A stretch of 52,923 nt of DNA from a virus (Duplodnaviria > Caudoviricetes). This document shows, one piece after another, positions 35,720 through 46,546 of this stretch. Position 1 is the stretch's first letter. Every line of letters starts with the position of its first letter. The notes under the pieces are model-generated. The model was not told the DNA's origin. It saw only the letters and a list, made by a program, of their open reading frames with translations, and did no database searches. The stretch spans positions 1 through 52,923 of the IMG/VR virus record IMGVR_UViG_3300016474_000485. The stretch is one strand, 5' to 3'. A program made the position numbers and the translations under genes.

Positions 35720-36203
35720 AATTTTCAGTATTTAATTTATTTGCCCATTCTTTTTGCCAATTACCATAATAACCTTTAAGTGTTTGTAATAATTTCATAA
35801 AGTCATCATTTAATTGGGTTGTGTTTGTTGTTAATCTTAAACCTAGAGTCTGGTCTTTATTCATAGTAAAATCAGCATCATAACCATCTAATTTACCACT
35901 CAATAAAACATCACCCTCATTTGTGCCAGTTTTAGGTGTGATAGCAAAATCAATAAATGTTACACCATTAGTTTCTGGACCAACAAGTTCTAAAAACTTT
36001 TTTTTATCATCATCCCAATAAGTTTCCATTCCACTTTTAACAGGTTTAGGGTTACCACCAGATAAAAATACTATTTGTTCTGGTAATTCTTCAGTTTGTT
36101 GGTCTTGTTGAGTACCAATTTGTTCTGGAGTCTCAACGTTCTCCTTAATAATGGTTCTCATTCTGTTAAGCATTGATTTGGTTATGTCGTGTTCGTTTAT
36201 CAT
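35712..36203 (-). CDS. Hypothetical protein
   Basis: 163-aa ORF. Confidence 0.65.
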   Translation of the reverse strand: MINEHDITKSMLNRMRTIIKENVETPEQIGTQQDQQTEELPEQIVFLSGGNPKPVKSGMETYWDDDKKKFLELVGPETNGVTFIDFAITPKTGTNEGDVLLSGKLDGYDADFTMNKDQTLGLRLTTNTTQLNDDFMKLLQTLKGYYGNWQKEWANKLNTENFD

Positions 36204-36209
36204 TTTTCT

Positions 36210-36824
36210 TTAATTTAATTCTACCTTATCTTTAAAATTAATAAAATCCCAAGAAGGGTTAACATCAGTAAAATAATTGTTTAAATTACTTTTGTATAAT
36301 ACTCCTTTATAATCATTAATTTTAGTTATCTTTGTATTATGAGCAATAACCTCCATTGGTATATCAAACTCATCACAAAGTTTATTAATTAATTTAACTG
36401 TTGATTCTAATTGTTTTTCAGAGTATGGAGCCCAGTATTTATTACTTCTCCATTTTCTAATAACAACATCATCAGTTCTATTATAAATATTACCAATATT
36501 GGTAATATACGTGTTTTCATTATTTAAATCTTTGATTAACCAACCTTCATTTTCCAAAACAACACTTATAATGGTTTTATCAAAAGAAATGTTGTTTGTA
36601 AAGTTTGAATAATATGTTGGATTGAAATGTTCATAGATTTTACCATCTAATGTGACAGTATAATTTGCAGTCTTTTTATACTTACCATTGTATCTGGTAA
36701 CCCAACCAACATAATGATTCATATTGGTTGAAAAACTATTACCTATTACTATTTTATTCTTAACCGTTTCTTCGTTTATATAGTTGGTTGACTCTAATCT
36801 ATAAGTTTCTTTATCGATTATCAT
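36210..36824 (-). CDS. Amidase_2 (N-acetylmuramoyl-L-alanine amidase)-fold protein, degenerate
   Basis: ANYTVTLDGKIYE, ISVVLEN, YSEKQLES..KL...LCDEFDIP, DVNP. Confidence 0.6.
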   Translation of the reverse strand: MIIDKETYRLESTNYINEETVKNKIVIGNSFSTNMNHYVGWVTRYNGKYKKTANYTVTLDGKIYEHFNPTYYSNFTNNISFDKTIISVVLENEGWLIKDLNNENTYITNIGNIYNRTDDVVIRKWRSNKYWAPYSEKQLESTVKLINKLCDEFDIPMEVIAHNTKITKINDYKGVLYKSNLNNYFTDVNPSWDFINFKDKVELN

Positions 36825-37978
36825 TTTCTTCTCTTAAAAAACACGGTATTCGGGTTTTCATCCCTTATTTCTTTATTTGAACCAATTCTTTCAACTAAAT
36901 TACTTTGTTTTCTTTCTGGAATATTAACACTAAACCCTCTATTGCTTCTTTCTGGTAAATCTTCAACTCTAATAACCCTTTCTGGTGACTTTTTTTCTTC
37001 ATCACTTTCAATTATGGGTTCTTCTTCAGTTTCTTGAATTAATTCTTCAACCATTGGTTCTTCTTCGATTAATTCTTGAACTGGTTCTTCAATTACAGCG
37101 TCAGTTACAGCATCATTTACAGTGTCAATTACAGCGTCATTTACACCCTCAGTTACTACCTCATTTAAACCCTCAGTTGTTCCCTCACTAGACTCTTCGT
37201 TTATAATTTTATTAAAAATAATAATCATTAAAATAGCCATTGGGTCACCTATGAATATTAATAACAATATAAACCATTTCATAACATTATCCATAGATGA
37301 ACCAGTTATTTCTGATAGATATTTTAAAGGGCCCAATTCATTAGTTGTTGCTTCTTCGGATTCTATAGTTAATTTTTCTTCAGATAAAACATTAATAGTT
37401 GAATCAATTACTGATAAATCCTTACTTAATCTTTGTTCTGATTCTGTAGCTAATTTTAATTGAGATTCAAAAGCTTTTCTGTTTGCTGCTGATGATGTTG
37501 TTATAACATTACCCTTTCTGTCTACCCTAGATTGTGTGTTATTACCTAAGGCAGTTCTTAATTGTGTTATGCTATTTTGTGTTTGTAGTAATTGAGTGTT
37601 GACAGATTCTCTACTTTTTTCTTTTAATTTTATTTGGTCGTCAATCAAAGTTATTTTCCTGGTTACATTGTCAGATTTTGCTGAATTTTTCTCATATCCA
37701 GAACTTAAGAAACCATAAACACCCATTGATGTTATACCCATAGCTATTATAATACCCAATGATAATAAAGCATTATATACCCACCCTATCTTTTTACCAT
37801 AGGTGTGAATTGCTGATGTTGCTACTATTTTGGATATTTCAATTGCTGAGAAAAATATTAATCCAATAACCCCAGCTCCACTAAATACTGTTAATAAACC
37901 ACTTATTGAGACGTAGGCTACTGTTACAGCAAGAACAATAGCCATCAATAATATGAAATATAATAATACCTTTTTCAT
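36821..37978 (-). CDS. Multi-TM coiled-coil membrane protein with an acidic repeat tail
   Basis: Three N-terminal TMs, IEISK, GVYGFLS, LGPLKYL, IFIGDP. Confidence 0.7.
   Translation of the reverse strand: MKKVLLYFILLMAIVLAVTVAYVSISGLLTVFSGAGVIGLIFFSAIEISKIVATSAIHTYGKKIGWVYNALLSLGIIIAMGITSMGVYGFLSSGYEKNSAKSDNVTRKITLIDDQIKLKEKSRESVNTQLLQTQNSITQLRTALGNNTQSRVDRKGNVITTSSAANRKAFESQLKLATESEQRLSKDLSVIDSTINVLSEEKLTIESEEATTNELGPLKYLSEITGSSMDNVMKWFILLLIFIGDPMAILMIIIFNKIINEESSEGTTEGLNEVVTEGVNDAVIDTVNDAVTDAVIEEPVQELIEEEPMVEELIQETEEEPIIESDEEKKSPERVIRVEDLPERSNRGFSVNIPERKQSNLVERIGSNKEIRDENPNTVFFKRRK
37090..37186. repeat. Degenerate 12-nt coding tandem repeat
   Basis: Encodes TEGLNEVVTEGVNDAVIDTVNDAVTDAV. 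Confidence 0.55.
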
Positions 37979-37995
37979 ATTAATTAAATATCAAA

Positions 37996-38835
37996 TTATT
38001 TGTTAAGTATATCGTAAAGATTGCTAGAATTAAATCTAAGTTTTCTAATTGCTCTTTCTTTGATTTGTCTAATTCTTTCTTTTGTTAGACCAAATCTATC
38101 ACCAATAGCTTCAAGTGTCATTGGTTCGAAGTTATTATCTAAACCGTAATAATATTCAATTATTGCTCTTTCTCTAGCTGTTAAAATTGATAACGTTTTT
38201 TCTAATTCGTCTTTTACAACTTCATTAACGTCATAAAAATTATCATAATTGTCTTCATCGGCTGATTGTATAATGTCACCCAATTCTGAACCTTCTTCAT
38301 TTATAACATCATTTAATGACCTACATGATGGTAAATCACCTTCATCAAAAAATTTAGAATCATCATCAAACATTATATCGCCATAAACTGGTTCTCTTTC
38401 GTTTTCAAATTTAAATTTTTCAATTTCTTTTTTTAATGCTGATAATTTATTTATTACATTCGATGGTAATCTTATTATTCTAGCATTATCATTAAGACTT
38501 TGTATAATTGATTGTTTAATCCACCAAACAGCATATGAAATAAATCTAAAACCTCTTGTATGGTCAAATTTACTTGCAGCCTTAATTAAACCATAATTAC
38601 CTTCATTTATTAAGTCACTTAAAGACAATCCTTGTCCTTGGTATTCTTTAGCGATTGATATTACAAATTTTAAATTGGCAAAAACCAATTCATCAATGGC
38701 ATTTGTATCACCATCTTTTATTCTAATAGCTAACTCAATCTCTTTTTCATGAGTTATAACTTGTGATTTTCTTACTTCCTTAAAGTATTTAGTTATCGAA
38801 TCATCTCCGTTTAAATTAATATAAGTTTTGTTCAT
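37996..38835 (-). CDS. RNA polymerase sigma70 factor (RpoD/SigA-like)
   Basis: ANLKFVISIAK, DLINEGNYGL, FISYAVWWIKQ, LTKERIRQIKERA. Confidence 0.9.
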   Translation of the reverse strand: MNKTYINLNGDDSITKYFKEVRKSQVITHEKEIELAIRIKDGDTNAIDELVFANLKFVISIAKEYQGQGLSLSDLINEGNYGLIKAASKFDHTRGFRFISYAVWWIKQSIIQSLNDNARIIRLPSNVINKLSALKKEIEKFKFENEREPVYGDIMFDDDSKFFDEGDLPSCRSLNDVINEEGSELGDIIQSADEDNYDNFYDVNEVVKDELEKTLSILTARERAIIEYYYGLDNNFEPMTLEAIGDRFGLTKERIRQIKERAIRKLRFNSSNLYDILNK

Positions 38836-38913
38836 TAATAATCATATATCGTAATTGTTATCTGTCCATCGGACATATAAATATACACTTTTTTTCAATA
38901 AAAGTAAATAGAT

Positions 38914-39477
38914 TTACATTCTGCTTGACAACTTTTCTAACATTTTTTTGTCGTATTCTGTTAGATTTTCTAGACCTTTGTCTATTATATTGTTAACTTT
39001 TTCGTTAATTTCAGATTTAGTCAAATCTTTTATTTCATCATCGATAGTATTATCATCAATGGTAAACCCTTTCTTCTTTTTAATACTAAAAGGGTCTGTT
39101 CTATTTATATTATTTGTTGAACCCGTTACGTAGTTAATATTTTCTGATATGATATCATCCAATAGTTTATTAGATAACTCCTCATATTCATTTAGATTTT
39201 TATTATCATTCATAAATCCAAATAATTCATTCTCTTTATCCTTATCATTAAAATTAAACGCAGAAGTCTGCTCATCTAATTCAAATAACAAAAAATTAAG
39301 TTCAAATGATTTAAAATACTCACTTAATATCGGGCTTTCAACTACAGAGGTAAACGTGCATATACTAATACCCTTACCTTTCATTAACCTTAATGGTCCT
39401 TCAGCTATTTTACCAACCTCTCTATTCAAATTCTCGGTGGGATTAAAAAACACCGCACAATAATGTCTAAACACCAT
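38914..39477 (-). CDS. Hypothetical protein
   Basis: 187 aa, C-terminal IIDKGLENLTEYDKKML. Confidence 0.65.
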   Translation of the reverse strand: MVFRHYCAVFFNPTENLNREVGKIAEGPLRLMKGKGISICTFTSVVESPILSEYFKSFELNFLLFELDEQTSAFNFNDKDKENELFGFMNDNKNLNEYEELSNKLLDDIISENINYVTGSTNNINRTDPFSIKKKKGFTIDDNTIDDEIKDLTKSEINEKVNNIIDKGLENLTEYDKKMLEKLSSRM

Positions 39478-39526
39478 AACTAATTTTTTTTATATTACAA
39501 ATATAGTTAAAAAAAATGATAATAAC

Positions 39527-41890
39527 CTAATTAATCTGAATTTTTGATATATTATTTTCTTTAACCACAGTAATGATGTTATCAGCCCAATCTTTTACCA
39601 TTTCATTCTGTGTAATAAAGAAGATATTATCATACATCTCTTTAACTTTATCAAACAACAATTTCATCTTATCAATGTTATTTGGTGCGACTCTACCAAG
39701 TACCTCATCTAATGTGATGAAATTAGGCATTGATAGCTTAGACATCTTACCAAGTACGCATCTTAAAGCTAAACTAGCCGCAGTTCTTTCAAAACCACTA
39801 CCAGCTTTTAATTGTTTTTCTATACCATCCTTTAATAATAAATATCTGACTTCGTTTTTATCGTCAATAGATATTTCAACTTCAAAATCAGTGACATCAT
39901 CTAATAACCTCTGTATTTCTGAATTAATGATTGGTAATACTGACCTCAACACAAGTTTGCTGATACCTTTTTTACCAATCATATCAATGTATAACTTATA
40001 AATGGTTTCAACCTCTTTTTCTTTTTTGATTTGTTCAATCAACTTCGTTTTATTGGTAATATTCTCTTGATTTGTTTCAGTATCTATTTTAACCTTCTGT
40101 ATTTTATTTGTTATTTCAGTTTTTTGATTGTCCGCAACAGTTAATTTAGTGTCTAATTGGTTAATCTGGTTATCCAAATCTTTATTAGTTTCAATAGCAC
40201 TTAAATTATCATTATATTTCTTTAAATCACCTTTTTTACTCTTAATATCATTTTTTAATGATGATATTTCAACCTCAATCTTATCTCTAGTTAATTCTAA
40301 CTTATTTAATTCATCAACTTTAGTTTTTGTTTCATTTAACACATTTAACTCATCAGTCAATTTTTTAACTTTTTTGTTAGATTTATTAATTTCAGTCGTT
40401 AATAACTCAATAGCGTTATTGTGCTCATTTATATGTTCAGTATTATCAACATCATCTAACTTTCTGTTACAAGCTTTACATATACCACCAGCAATTAAAT
40501 CTTCAACAACTTTTGTTAATCTATCAACCTCAGCATTTTTAACTGCTATATCAGTATTAAGTGAATTTAATTGTTTAGTTATTTCAAAATGTCTATCTTC
40601 ATCAAATACAACTTTACCTATCTCAGTTATACTTGTGTTAGTTAAATCAAGAGATTCTTTAAGTTTAATACCATTCTCTATTAGTTTTTCAATATCACTT
40701 TCTAATTTAGATGGGTTTAATGTTAATATCTCAACATCTACTTTAATCTTTTTACTAACACAGTCTAATTTTTGATTTGTCAAATTTAGAATATTGTCTT
40801 TTTCAGCAGTTAATTTATTATTTAAATCAACTTCTAAATCATTTAGTTTTTCTATGTTTTCTTTGTGTGTGTCAATCTCTTCAGTTAACGTAATAACATC
40901 GTATAGATTTGATTTCATAGTTTTTGAGAAATTATTATACATGCTTCGTACAATCTCTTCTTTTCTTTCTATAATATCTAAACCAATAAATCTAGTTAAT
41001 AACTTACCACTTTCACCAGATGTAAAATCAATCAAATCATCTAAATTTCTAGCAGTTGCTAACACTACCAATTCAAAGTCTTTTTCAGTGCCGATAGCAT
41101 CTCTTATTTTTTTTGTTGTTTTGGTTGCATCCTCATCATTCAACAATTCCTCCTCACCATCTGGTAATATTTTGTAATAGTTAACAACATTTCTAATAGT
41201 CCAACCACCAGATTTGTTTTTATTTCTCTTCATGTTTCGTTCAATGATGATTTCATTCTCACCATCAATCTCAATCATACCACGAACAACCAATTCGTTA
41301 TTCTCGCTGTGCAAGTTAAATATCTCTTCATTCTTATCTGTTTTTGTTGTTTTACCAAATAACAAATACTTGATTGAATCAACGGTTAAGGTTGTTTTAC
41401 CACCTTGGTTTTCTGGAATTGAGTTAACAACTGTTAAACCTCTGAAATGACTCATAGGTAAAAAGTTGTTTTCACCAAAAGATAAGAAGTTGTTTAAAGT
41501 TATCCATTTTATAGACCACCTTTTATGTGTTGATTCATCGCTATCACTTTCCAATTCACCATTAACTTTATCATCTAATGAATATAATCTATTAACATCA
41601 ACGTTTTTATTGTTTCTGGTTAACCATTCTTTAAATAATTCTCTCTGGTAAGCAACATCCATTATATTTTCAATAGATGCACCATCGATTTGAATCAATT
41701 TACCGTTTTTACCAACTTTAACTGGTCTATATTCCACTTGGATGTTGTTTTTATCAACACCATACTTTTTTGCAAAATATTTTTGTACTCGGTTTTTAGC
41801 TTCTCTACTATAATTTTCTGGTGTGTCGTCCCAGTATACTTTTATTCTAGCATTTTTTGGTACTTTAACGATATCTTTAACCTTCTCCAT
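39527..41890 (-). CDS. sbcC: SbcC/Rad50 (gp46-like) ATPase
   Basis: NNFLSFG, NQGGKTT, CKAC zinc hook, SGFE signature, LDEVLG. Confidence 0.9.
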   Translation of the reverse strand: MEKVKDIVKVPKNARIKVYWDDTPENYSREAKNRVQKYFAKKYGVDKNNIQVEYRPVKVGKNGKLIQIDGASIENIMDVAYQRELFKEWLTRNNKNVDVNRLYSLDDKVNGELESDSDESTHKRWSIKWITLNNFLSFGENNFLPMSHFRGLTVVNSIPENQGGKTTLTVDSIKYLLFGKTTKTDKNEEIFNLHSENNELVVRGMIEIDGENEIIIERNMKRNKNKSGGWTIRNVVNYYKILPDGEEELLNDEDATKTTKKIRDAIGTEKDFELVVLATARNLDDLIDFTSGESGKLLTRFIGLDIIERKEEIVRSMYNNFSKTMKSNLYDVITLTEEIDTHKENIEKLNDLEVDLNNKLTAEKDNILNLTNQKLDCVSKKIKVDVEILTLNPSKLESDIEKLIENGIKLKESLDLTNTSITEIGKVVFDEDRHFEITKQLNSLNTDIAVKNAEVDRLTKVVEDLIAGGICKACNRKLDDVDNTEHINEHNNAIELLTTEINKSNKKVKKLTDELNVLNETKTKVDELNKLELTRDKIEVEISSLKNDIKSKKGDLKKYNDNLSAIETNKDLDNQINQLDTKLTVADNQKTEITNKIQKVKIDTETNQENITNKTKLIEQIKKEKEVETIYKLYIDMIGKKGISKLVLRSVLPIINSEIQRLLDDVTDFEVEISIDDKNEVRYLLLKDGIEKQLKAGSGFERTAASLALRCVLGKMSKLSMPNFITLDEVLGRVAPNNIDKMKLLFDKVKEMYDNIFFITQNEMVKDWADNIITVVKENNISKIQIN

Positions 41891-42347
41891 ATATATCTCT
41901 TTTTATTGCTTTCTTTTTTTCAACTTCCAACTCTTGGTTTAATTTTTCGATTTGTTCATCCTTAGTTTTTAACTCAGTTTCAAACTCTTTATACTTTTCA
42001 TTATATGATTTAGTATTAGCAAGTATAGTTGATTCTAATTTAGTTATTCTATTTGTTAATTGTGTAACTTCACCATTGTCTGATATGAATACCTCTTTTT
42101 CGATAATCTTCTCAATCTCAACAGGCACTTCAACAATCTTTTCTACTGGAACCTCAACAATTTTTTCAACAGTTTTTTCAACTATCTTTTCCCTGGCTGT
42201 TGGTGCTGCTCCGTACTTTTCAATGGTTAACCCTTGAGTTAGCATTTTTAACATGAACTCATCAATATTTGGGATATTGTTCAAACGACAATACTCCCAT
42301 ATCTCATCTTTTATTTTTTTAGGAATTTCCATTTTTTGCTTTATCAA
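41877..42347 (-). CDS. Hypothetical protein with VEKIVEVP repeats
   Basis: Repeat plus coiled coil. Confidence 0.65.
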   Translation of the reverse strand: MIKQKMEIPKKIKDEIWEYCRLNNIPNIDEFMLKMLTQGLTIEKYGAAPTAREKIVEKTVEKIVEVPVEKIVEVPVEIEKIIEKEVFISDNGEVTQLTNRITKLESTILANTKSYNEKYKEFETELKTKDEQIEKLNQELEVEKKKAIKRDIYGEG

Positions 42348-42561
42348 TTATGTTATTGATATCCTCTTCTGATTGGTGCATTAATATAAACTCTTCATTT
42401 TCCTCATCAATTTCAATGTGGATTATAGGTTTATCCACCCTAGCGTAATAATTAGACTCAGTTAATTCACTAACCTCACCATTAACCATCTCAAATTCAT
42501 CCATATGTTCTGGTAATATAGATAAAAACTCTTTTAATTCTTTAATTGTTATTCCCATCAT
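42319..42561 (-). CDS. Hypothetical protein
   Basis: 80-aa acidic ORF. Confidence 0.6.
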   Translation of the reverse strand: MMGITIKELKEFLSILPEHMDEFEMVNGEVSELTESNYYARVDKPIIHIEIDEENEEFILMHQSEEDINNIIDKAKNGNS

Positions 42562-43619
42562 GCAAATTCTTTTAATTTTAACATTATTTCATCATTTTTA
42601 TATTTGTTAATTAATGATTTAGCAAAAAATACCTTATCAGTAGTCATACCTTCAGTTAACTCAGCTAATTCAATATCACCATCTAATATTTCCAACCTCT
42701 TGGCTAAGTTAGGTCCTGTTATTTCTCTAACAAATTTCATTCTAGATGGTCTGTCTTTTATTGCTGAATCTATTTTATCAATATCATTACACGTCATAAA
42801 GAAAAATACTTGATTATAATCATTATACACTCCGTCTAACGCACTTAATATAACATCAAAAGTAAATTTAACCTCATTATTCTTCATAATACACTCACGC
42901 TTATTAAAGTAGTTATCAAAGTCCTCAAATAAAACAATACTTCTATTAGGTATATCACTAAACATTAATAATATATCTAAATTATTATATTCTGGATTCA
43001 AATATATTGTATATATTGGTAAATTATATTTAATTGAAAAATATTTTATTAATCTGGTTTTACCAGTTCCAGGTAACCCATATAATAATGCGCTAGTTTT
43101 ACCATAACCAGAATCCAGAACCTTAACAATATCAGATTCAATATCTGAATACTGGTCATCATTAATATATACCTTTGGTTCTTCAAGTTTAGATAATTCA
43201 CCCAATTTATCTGAACCCCATGGTGCTAAAAACATAACATTAACATGTTCTTTTGTATTAACACATGAATGTACCAATTTTTCAACTTTACTTCTTTGCC
43301 ACCTTAAATAATATAATTCAGATATAGTTTCTTTTGATTGCCAACCAGCAGTTAATAATCTTTCACTTCTACTAAAATACATAAAGATACTATCAACAAT
43401 AACAAAAGATGAGTATGTTGTTGGGTATTTTTTATTAATACTTAACTCATTATTTATCTCCAACTTAATTTTAGAACTTTTAAGTTTAGGTAGTATGTTT
43501 TTACTTAAGTTATCATCTAATCTCATATGTTGAGATACTACATATCTCATAACAGCCCATATTGATACTAATACACTACCAATAATACCAATTAAAGACC
43601 AAATACCTATATTTCCCAT
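42558..43619 (-). CDS. Membrane-anchored AAA+ ATPase (BCS1-like)
   Basis: N-terminal TM, GLPGTGKT, LFEDFD, LDGV, MTCN, RPSR. Confidence 0.8.
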   Translation of the reverse strand: MGNIGIWSLIGIIGSVLVSIWAVMRYVVSQHMRLDDNLSKNILPKLKSSKIKLEINNELSINKKYPTTYSSFVIVDSIFMYFSRSERLLTAGWQSKETISELYYLRWQRSKVEKLVHSCVNTKEHVNVMFLAPWGSDKLGELSKLEEPKVYINDDQYSDIESDIVKVLDSGYGKTSALLYGLPGTGKTRLIKYFSIKYNLPIYTIYLNPEYNNLDILLMFSDIPNRSIVLFEDFDNYFNKRECIMKNNEVKFTFDVILSALDGVYNDYNQVFFFMTCNDIDKIDSAIKDRPSRMKFVREITGPNLAKRLEILDGDIELAELTEGMTTDKVFFAKSLINKYKNDEIMLKLKEFA

Positions 43620-43629
43620 GTTTAATTTA

Positions 43630-43860
43630 TTATAAATTTGTTAAAATTTCGTTATCATTTTCAATATCTTCCAATGATTTTATTCTAAACTGATAAAAAC
43701 CATAATCAGTTTCAATATCATGCTCTTGTATTTCCTTTGTTTCAATATCCCACAATAAGAACCCATGTTTACTTACTGTCTCACCGAAGTTTTGTTGTAT
43801 TAATGACCCACAATAAACTATTGGTACTCTTTTTTTTATTTTAACCTTATTTTTTTCCAT
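43630..43860 (-). CDS. sbcD: SbcD/Mre11 C-terminal fragment
   Basis: MEKNKVK...PIVYCGSLIQQNFGE..HGFLLWD. Confidence 0.8.
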   Translation of the reverse strand: MEKNKVKIKKRVPIVYCGSLIQQNFGETVSKHGFLLWDIETKEIQEHDIETDYGFYQFRIKSLEDIENDNEILTNL

Positions 43861-44728
43861 AATATAATTTTTTCTTATTATTAAACCACTCAATTAAATC
43901 TTTATATTTATTTTCATTTTTCATAAAATCTATTCTATAATCAATACTTAAATTACTAAAATATTTTAAAGCGGATTCACATTTTAATTTAAAAACCCTT
44001 TTACTTTCAACATAACCTTTAACTTCTAAAATAAATTCTTTACCATCATTAATTAAAAAATCTGGTAAATACCTCTTTTTTATACCCTTATCATAATATT
44101 CAATAACATACTGATGTTTTTTAGTCCAGAATTTAACATCATCGTTACTATCTAATTCCAACATTTTATCTTCTTCCCAAGAAGAATGATACCACTCTTC
44201 ATCATTAGTCTTAATGGATGTATACCAACCACGTTTACAATTCTTATATGCACCATAGGTGGAGTTATTTAACATTCTTTCAATATTAGCTTTAGATATC
44301 CTATCCCTAAAAAAATAATCTTGCCAATCAAAGCTACCATCTGATAATCTATGTCTATCTAAGTGTTTTAAATGTTTTTCAAGTCTATCTGGGTTTTCCC
44401 AAGTTTTTTTAATTTTTTCACCTATTTCTAACCTCTTTTCTTCTGGGTGAGTACCCCATTTATTCTCTTTACCATACATACCATTATTCTCACCTAGTTG
44501 ACTATATTTTTGCCATTCATTTTGACAACTTCTAGAACAAAACCTTTTAACCCTATCTGATTTACTACTTTTATATATGTCGAAAGTTTTACTACAACCA
44601 CTATATTCGCATTTCTTACTAATTTTTTCTAACTTATTAGCCTCTGTACTACATTTTCTACCACAGTACATTTGATTACGTTTATAAGTTTTAAATTCTA
44701 TATTACAATTTTTACATGTTTTTAACAT
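43847..44728 (-). mobile_element. Putative homing endonuclease (Zn fingers, TnsA-like domain) splitting sbcD
   Basis: CKNC/YCGRKC/FCSRSC, NGMYGK, YHSSWEE...YLPDFLI...LEVKG. Confidence 0.8.
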
Positions 44729-44791
44729 ATCTTCTATTATTTTTTTAAGTGTTATCTTTAAATAAATATCACCAAAAAAAGTAAAGGTGGA

Positions 44792-45484
44792 TTATTCGTC
44801 TAATTCCCACCCATTTCTTAAATAAGTAGCCAATTCGTCTTCATAAACTTCTCTCTTATCAATTAAATAAAAACAACTTCTTTTGTGGATATCACCCATC
44901 ATAACCATATCACAACCCTCAAAATGTTCAAAAGTCATTCCATGGTCAAATTCATAACCTATATCAGTCCTAGCACCTAAAACTGGAGCGTGGTACAATC
45001 CGATATATGTTTTATCATCACCAAACTCATCTCTAGCTTTCTCAATATCTGGTCGATTATTTTCATCGAAAATAGAATAAACGCACCAAACAACATTGTC
45101 ATCCAAATAACAATTACTTTCACCAGTAAAATATTTTATATTTAAATCTGGTAATAATTTAACCATCGGTGTTAATGAATCTACTCGGTCTTTGTTATTC
45201 TCCAATAAATCGTGATTACCAGCAATCATAACTACTGGTGCGATTGTTTCTAATTTTCTTAAAAACCAAGTACCTAAAATTAATAATTCGTTAGATATTG
45301 TAATCTTTTGATGCACATAGTCACCAGCAATTACTATCCTAACTTCTTCTCTAGTATAATCTTTAACTAAAGCTCTAATTCTTTTTAACGTTGTCTTAAA
45401 AACCTCACCATACTCTTCATGCATTCTAAACGTTCTTAGGTGAATGTCGGCCATATGTATTACTACTTTTATTTTGTTTTCCAT
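44792..45484 (-). CDS. sbcD: SbcD/Mre11 metallophosphoesterase N-terminal fragment
   Basis: ADIH, AGDYVH, AGNHD, LYHAP, GDIHKR. Confidence 0.85.
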   Translation of the reverse strand: MENKIKVVIHMADIHLRTFRMHEEYGEVFKTTLKRIRALVKDYTREEVRIVIAGDYVHQKITISNELLILGTWFLRKLETIAPVVMIAGNHDLLENNKDRVDSLTPMVKLLPDLNIKYFTGESNCYLDDNVVWCVYSIFDENNRPDIEKARDEFGDDKTYIGLYHAPVLGARTDIGYEFDHGMTFEHFEGCDMVMMGDIHKRSCFYLIDKREVYEDELATYLRNGWELDE

Positions 45485-45487
45485 ATC

Positions 45488-45679
45488 TTAATCAAAATTT
45501 TCTATTTCATTTTTAAAAAATGCTGTCCATATTACATCTAATATGTCTATTACATTTTTATTTTCTGGATATATATTATATACATTTTTTAAATCCTGAC
45601 TACAAGTCACTTCATATTCTTTACCTTCATATTCAACGATAAAAACATAATGTGTTGTAATTAAACTAACCTTACCCAT
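45488..45679 (-). CDS. Hypothetical protein
   Basis: 63-aa ORF. Confidence 0.5.
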   Translation of the reverse strand: MGKVSLITTHYVFIVEYEGKEYEVTCSQDLKNVYNIYPENKNVIDILDVIWTAFFKNEIENFD

Positions 45680-45808
45680 GCATTAATTGTGTTTGAAATT
45701 TATGATGTTCTAATAGTTTTTTTTTATTACAAAAATACACTTAATTTTTAATTTTTGCAACTTTTTAATATATTTATAAAATATAATGTAATTCTAAAAA
45801 CTTAAAAA

Positions 45809-46537
45809 ATGTCACCAGAGGAAAAGAAAATAAAACAAAAAGAATATCAAAAAAAATATCGTGAATTAAATAAAGAAAAATTAAAACTAAAGAAAAAAGA
45901 ATATGATAAAATTTATAATGAAAAAAATAGAGAAAAAATTAATAAAAGATGTAAAGAATATAGGTTAAAAAACCCAAATACTAATAAAGAATGGAAGGAA
46001 TTAAATAAAGAACATATTAAAGAGTATTCTAAAAAATATTATGAAGATAATCGTGATATAATAATTCAAAAAACAAAAGATTGGGTTAATAATAATCAAG
46101 ATAAAAAACAAAATTATAATGATAAATGGTTTGCTGAACATCCAGATTATAAAAAAAATTACTATAAAAAAAATAAAGACAAAATATTAGAATATCAAAA
46201 ACATAGATTATTAAATGACCCATTATTTAAATTAAAAAGAGTGTTAAGGAGGAGTATCAGCCGTTCATTAACTAATAAAAAAAATAAAACACATGAAATA
46301 CTTGGTTGTTCATATGAAGAATTTAAAATATATCTTGAATCTAAATTTGAATCATGGATGACATGGGATAATTATGGTTTATATAATGGTGAGTTGAATT
46401 ATGGTTGGGATATTGACCATATCATACCAGTGTCAAGCGCAAATATTGAAGAGGAATTAATTAAACTAAATCACTACACCAACTTACAACCATTATGTAG
46501 TAAAGTTAATAGAGATATAAAAAAAGCAATTATATAA
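45809..46537 (+). mobile_element. HNH endonuclease with basic helical repeats, opposite orientation
   Basis: WDIDHIIP...NHYTNLQPL..N. Confidence 0.8.
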
Positions 46538-46546
46538 TTGCTTTTT

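Noticed and set aside
39573-41965. Plus-strand ORFs opposite sbcC, and similar ones opposite cca, clpP, DUF2828 and others
   Set aside because: Antisense shadows of well-supported genes, rich in Ser/Leu/Phe/Ile and without motifs.
42110-42190. Tandem DNA repeat as a regulatory or mobile element
   Set aside because: It is the coding VEKIVEVP low-complexity repeat.
43847-44791. Intron or intein in sbcD
   Set aside because: The N-fragment ends in a stop, only about 60 nt of promoter-like spacer follows, and there are no intein terminal residues.
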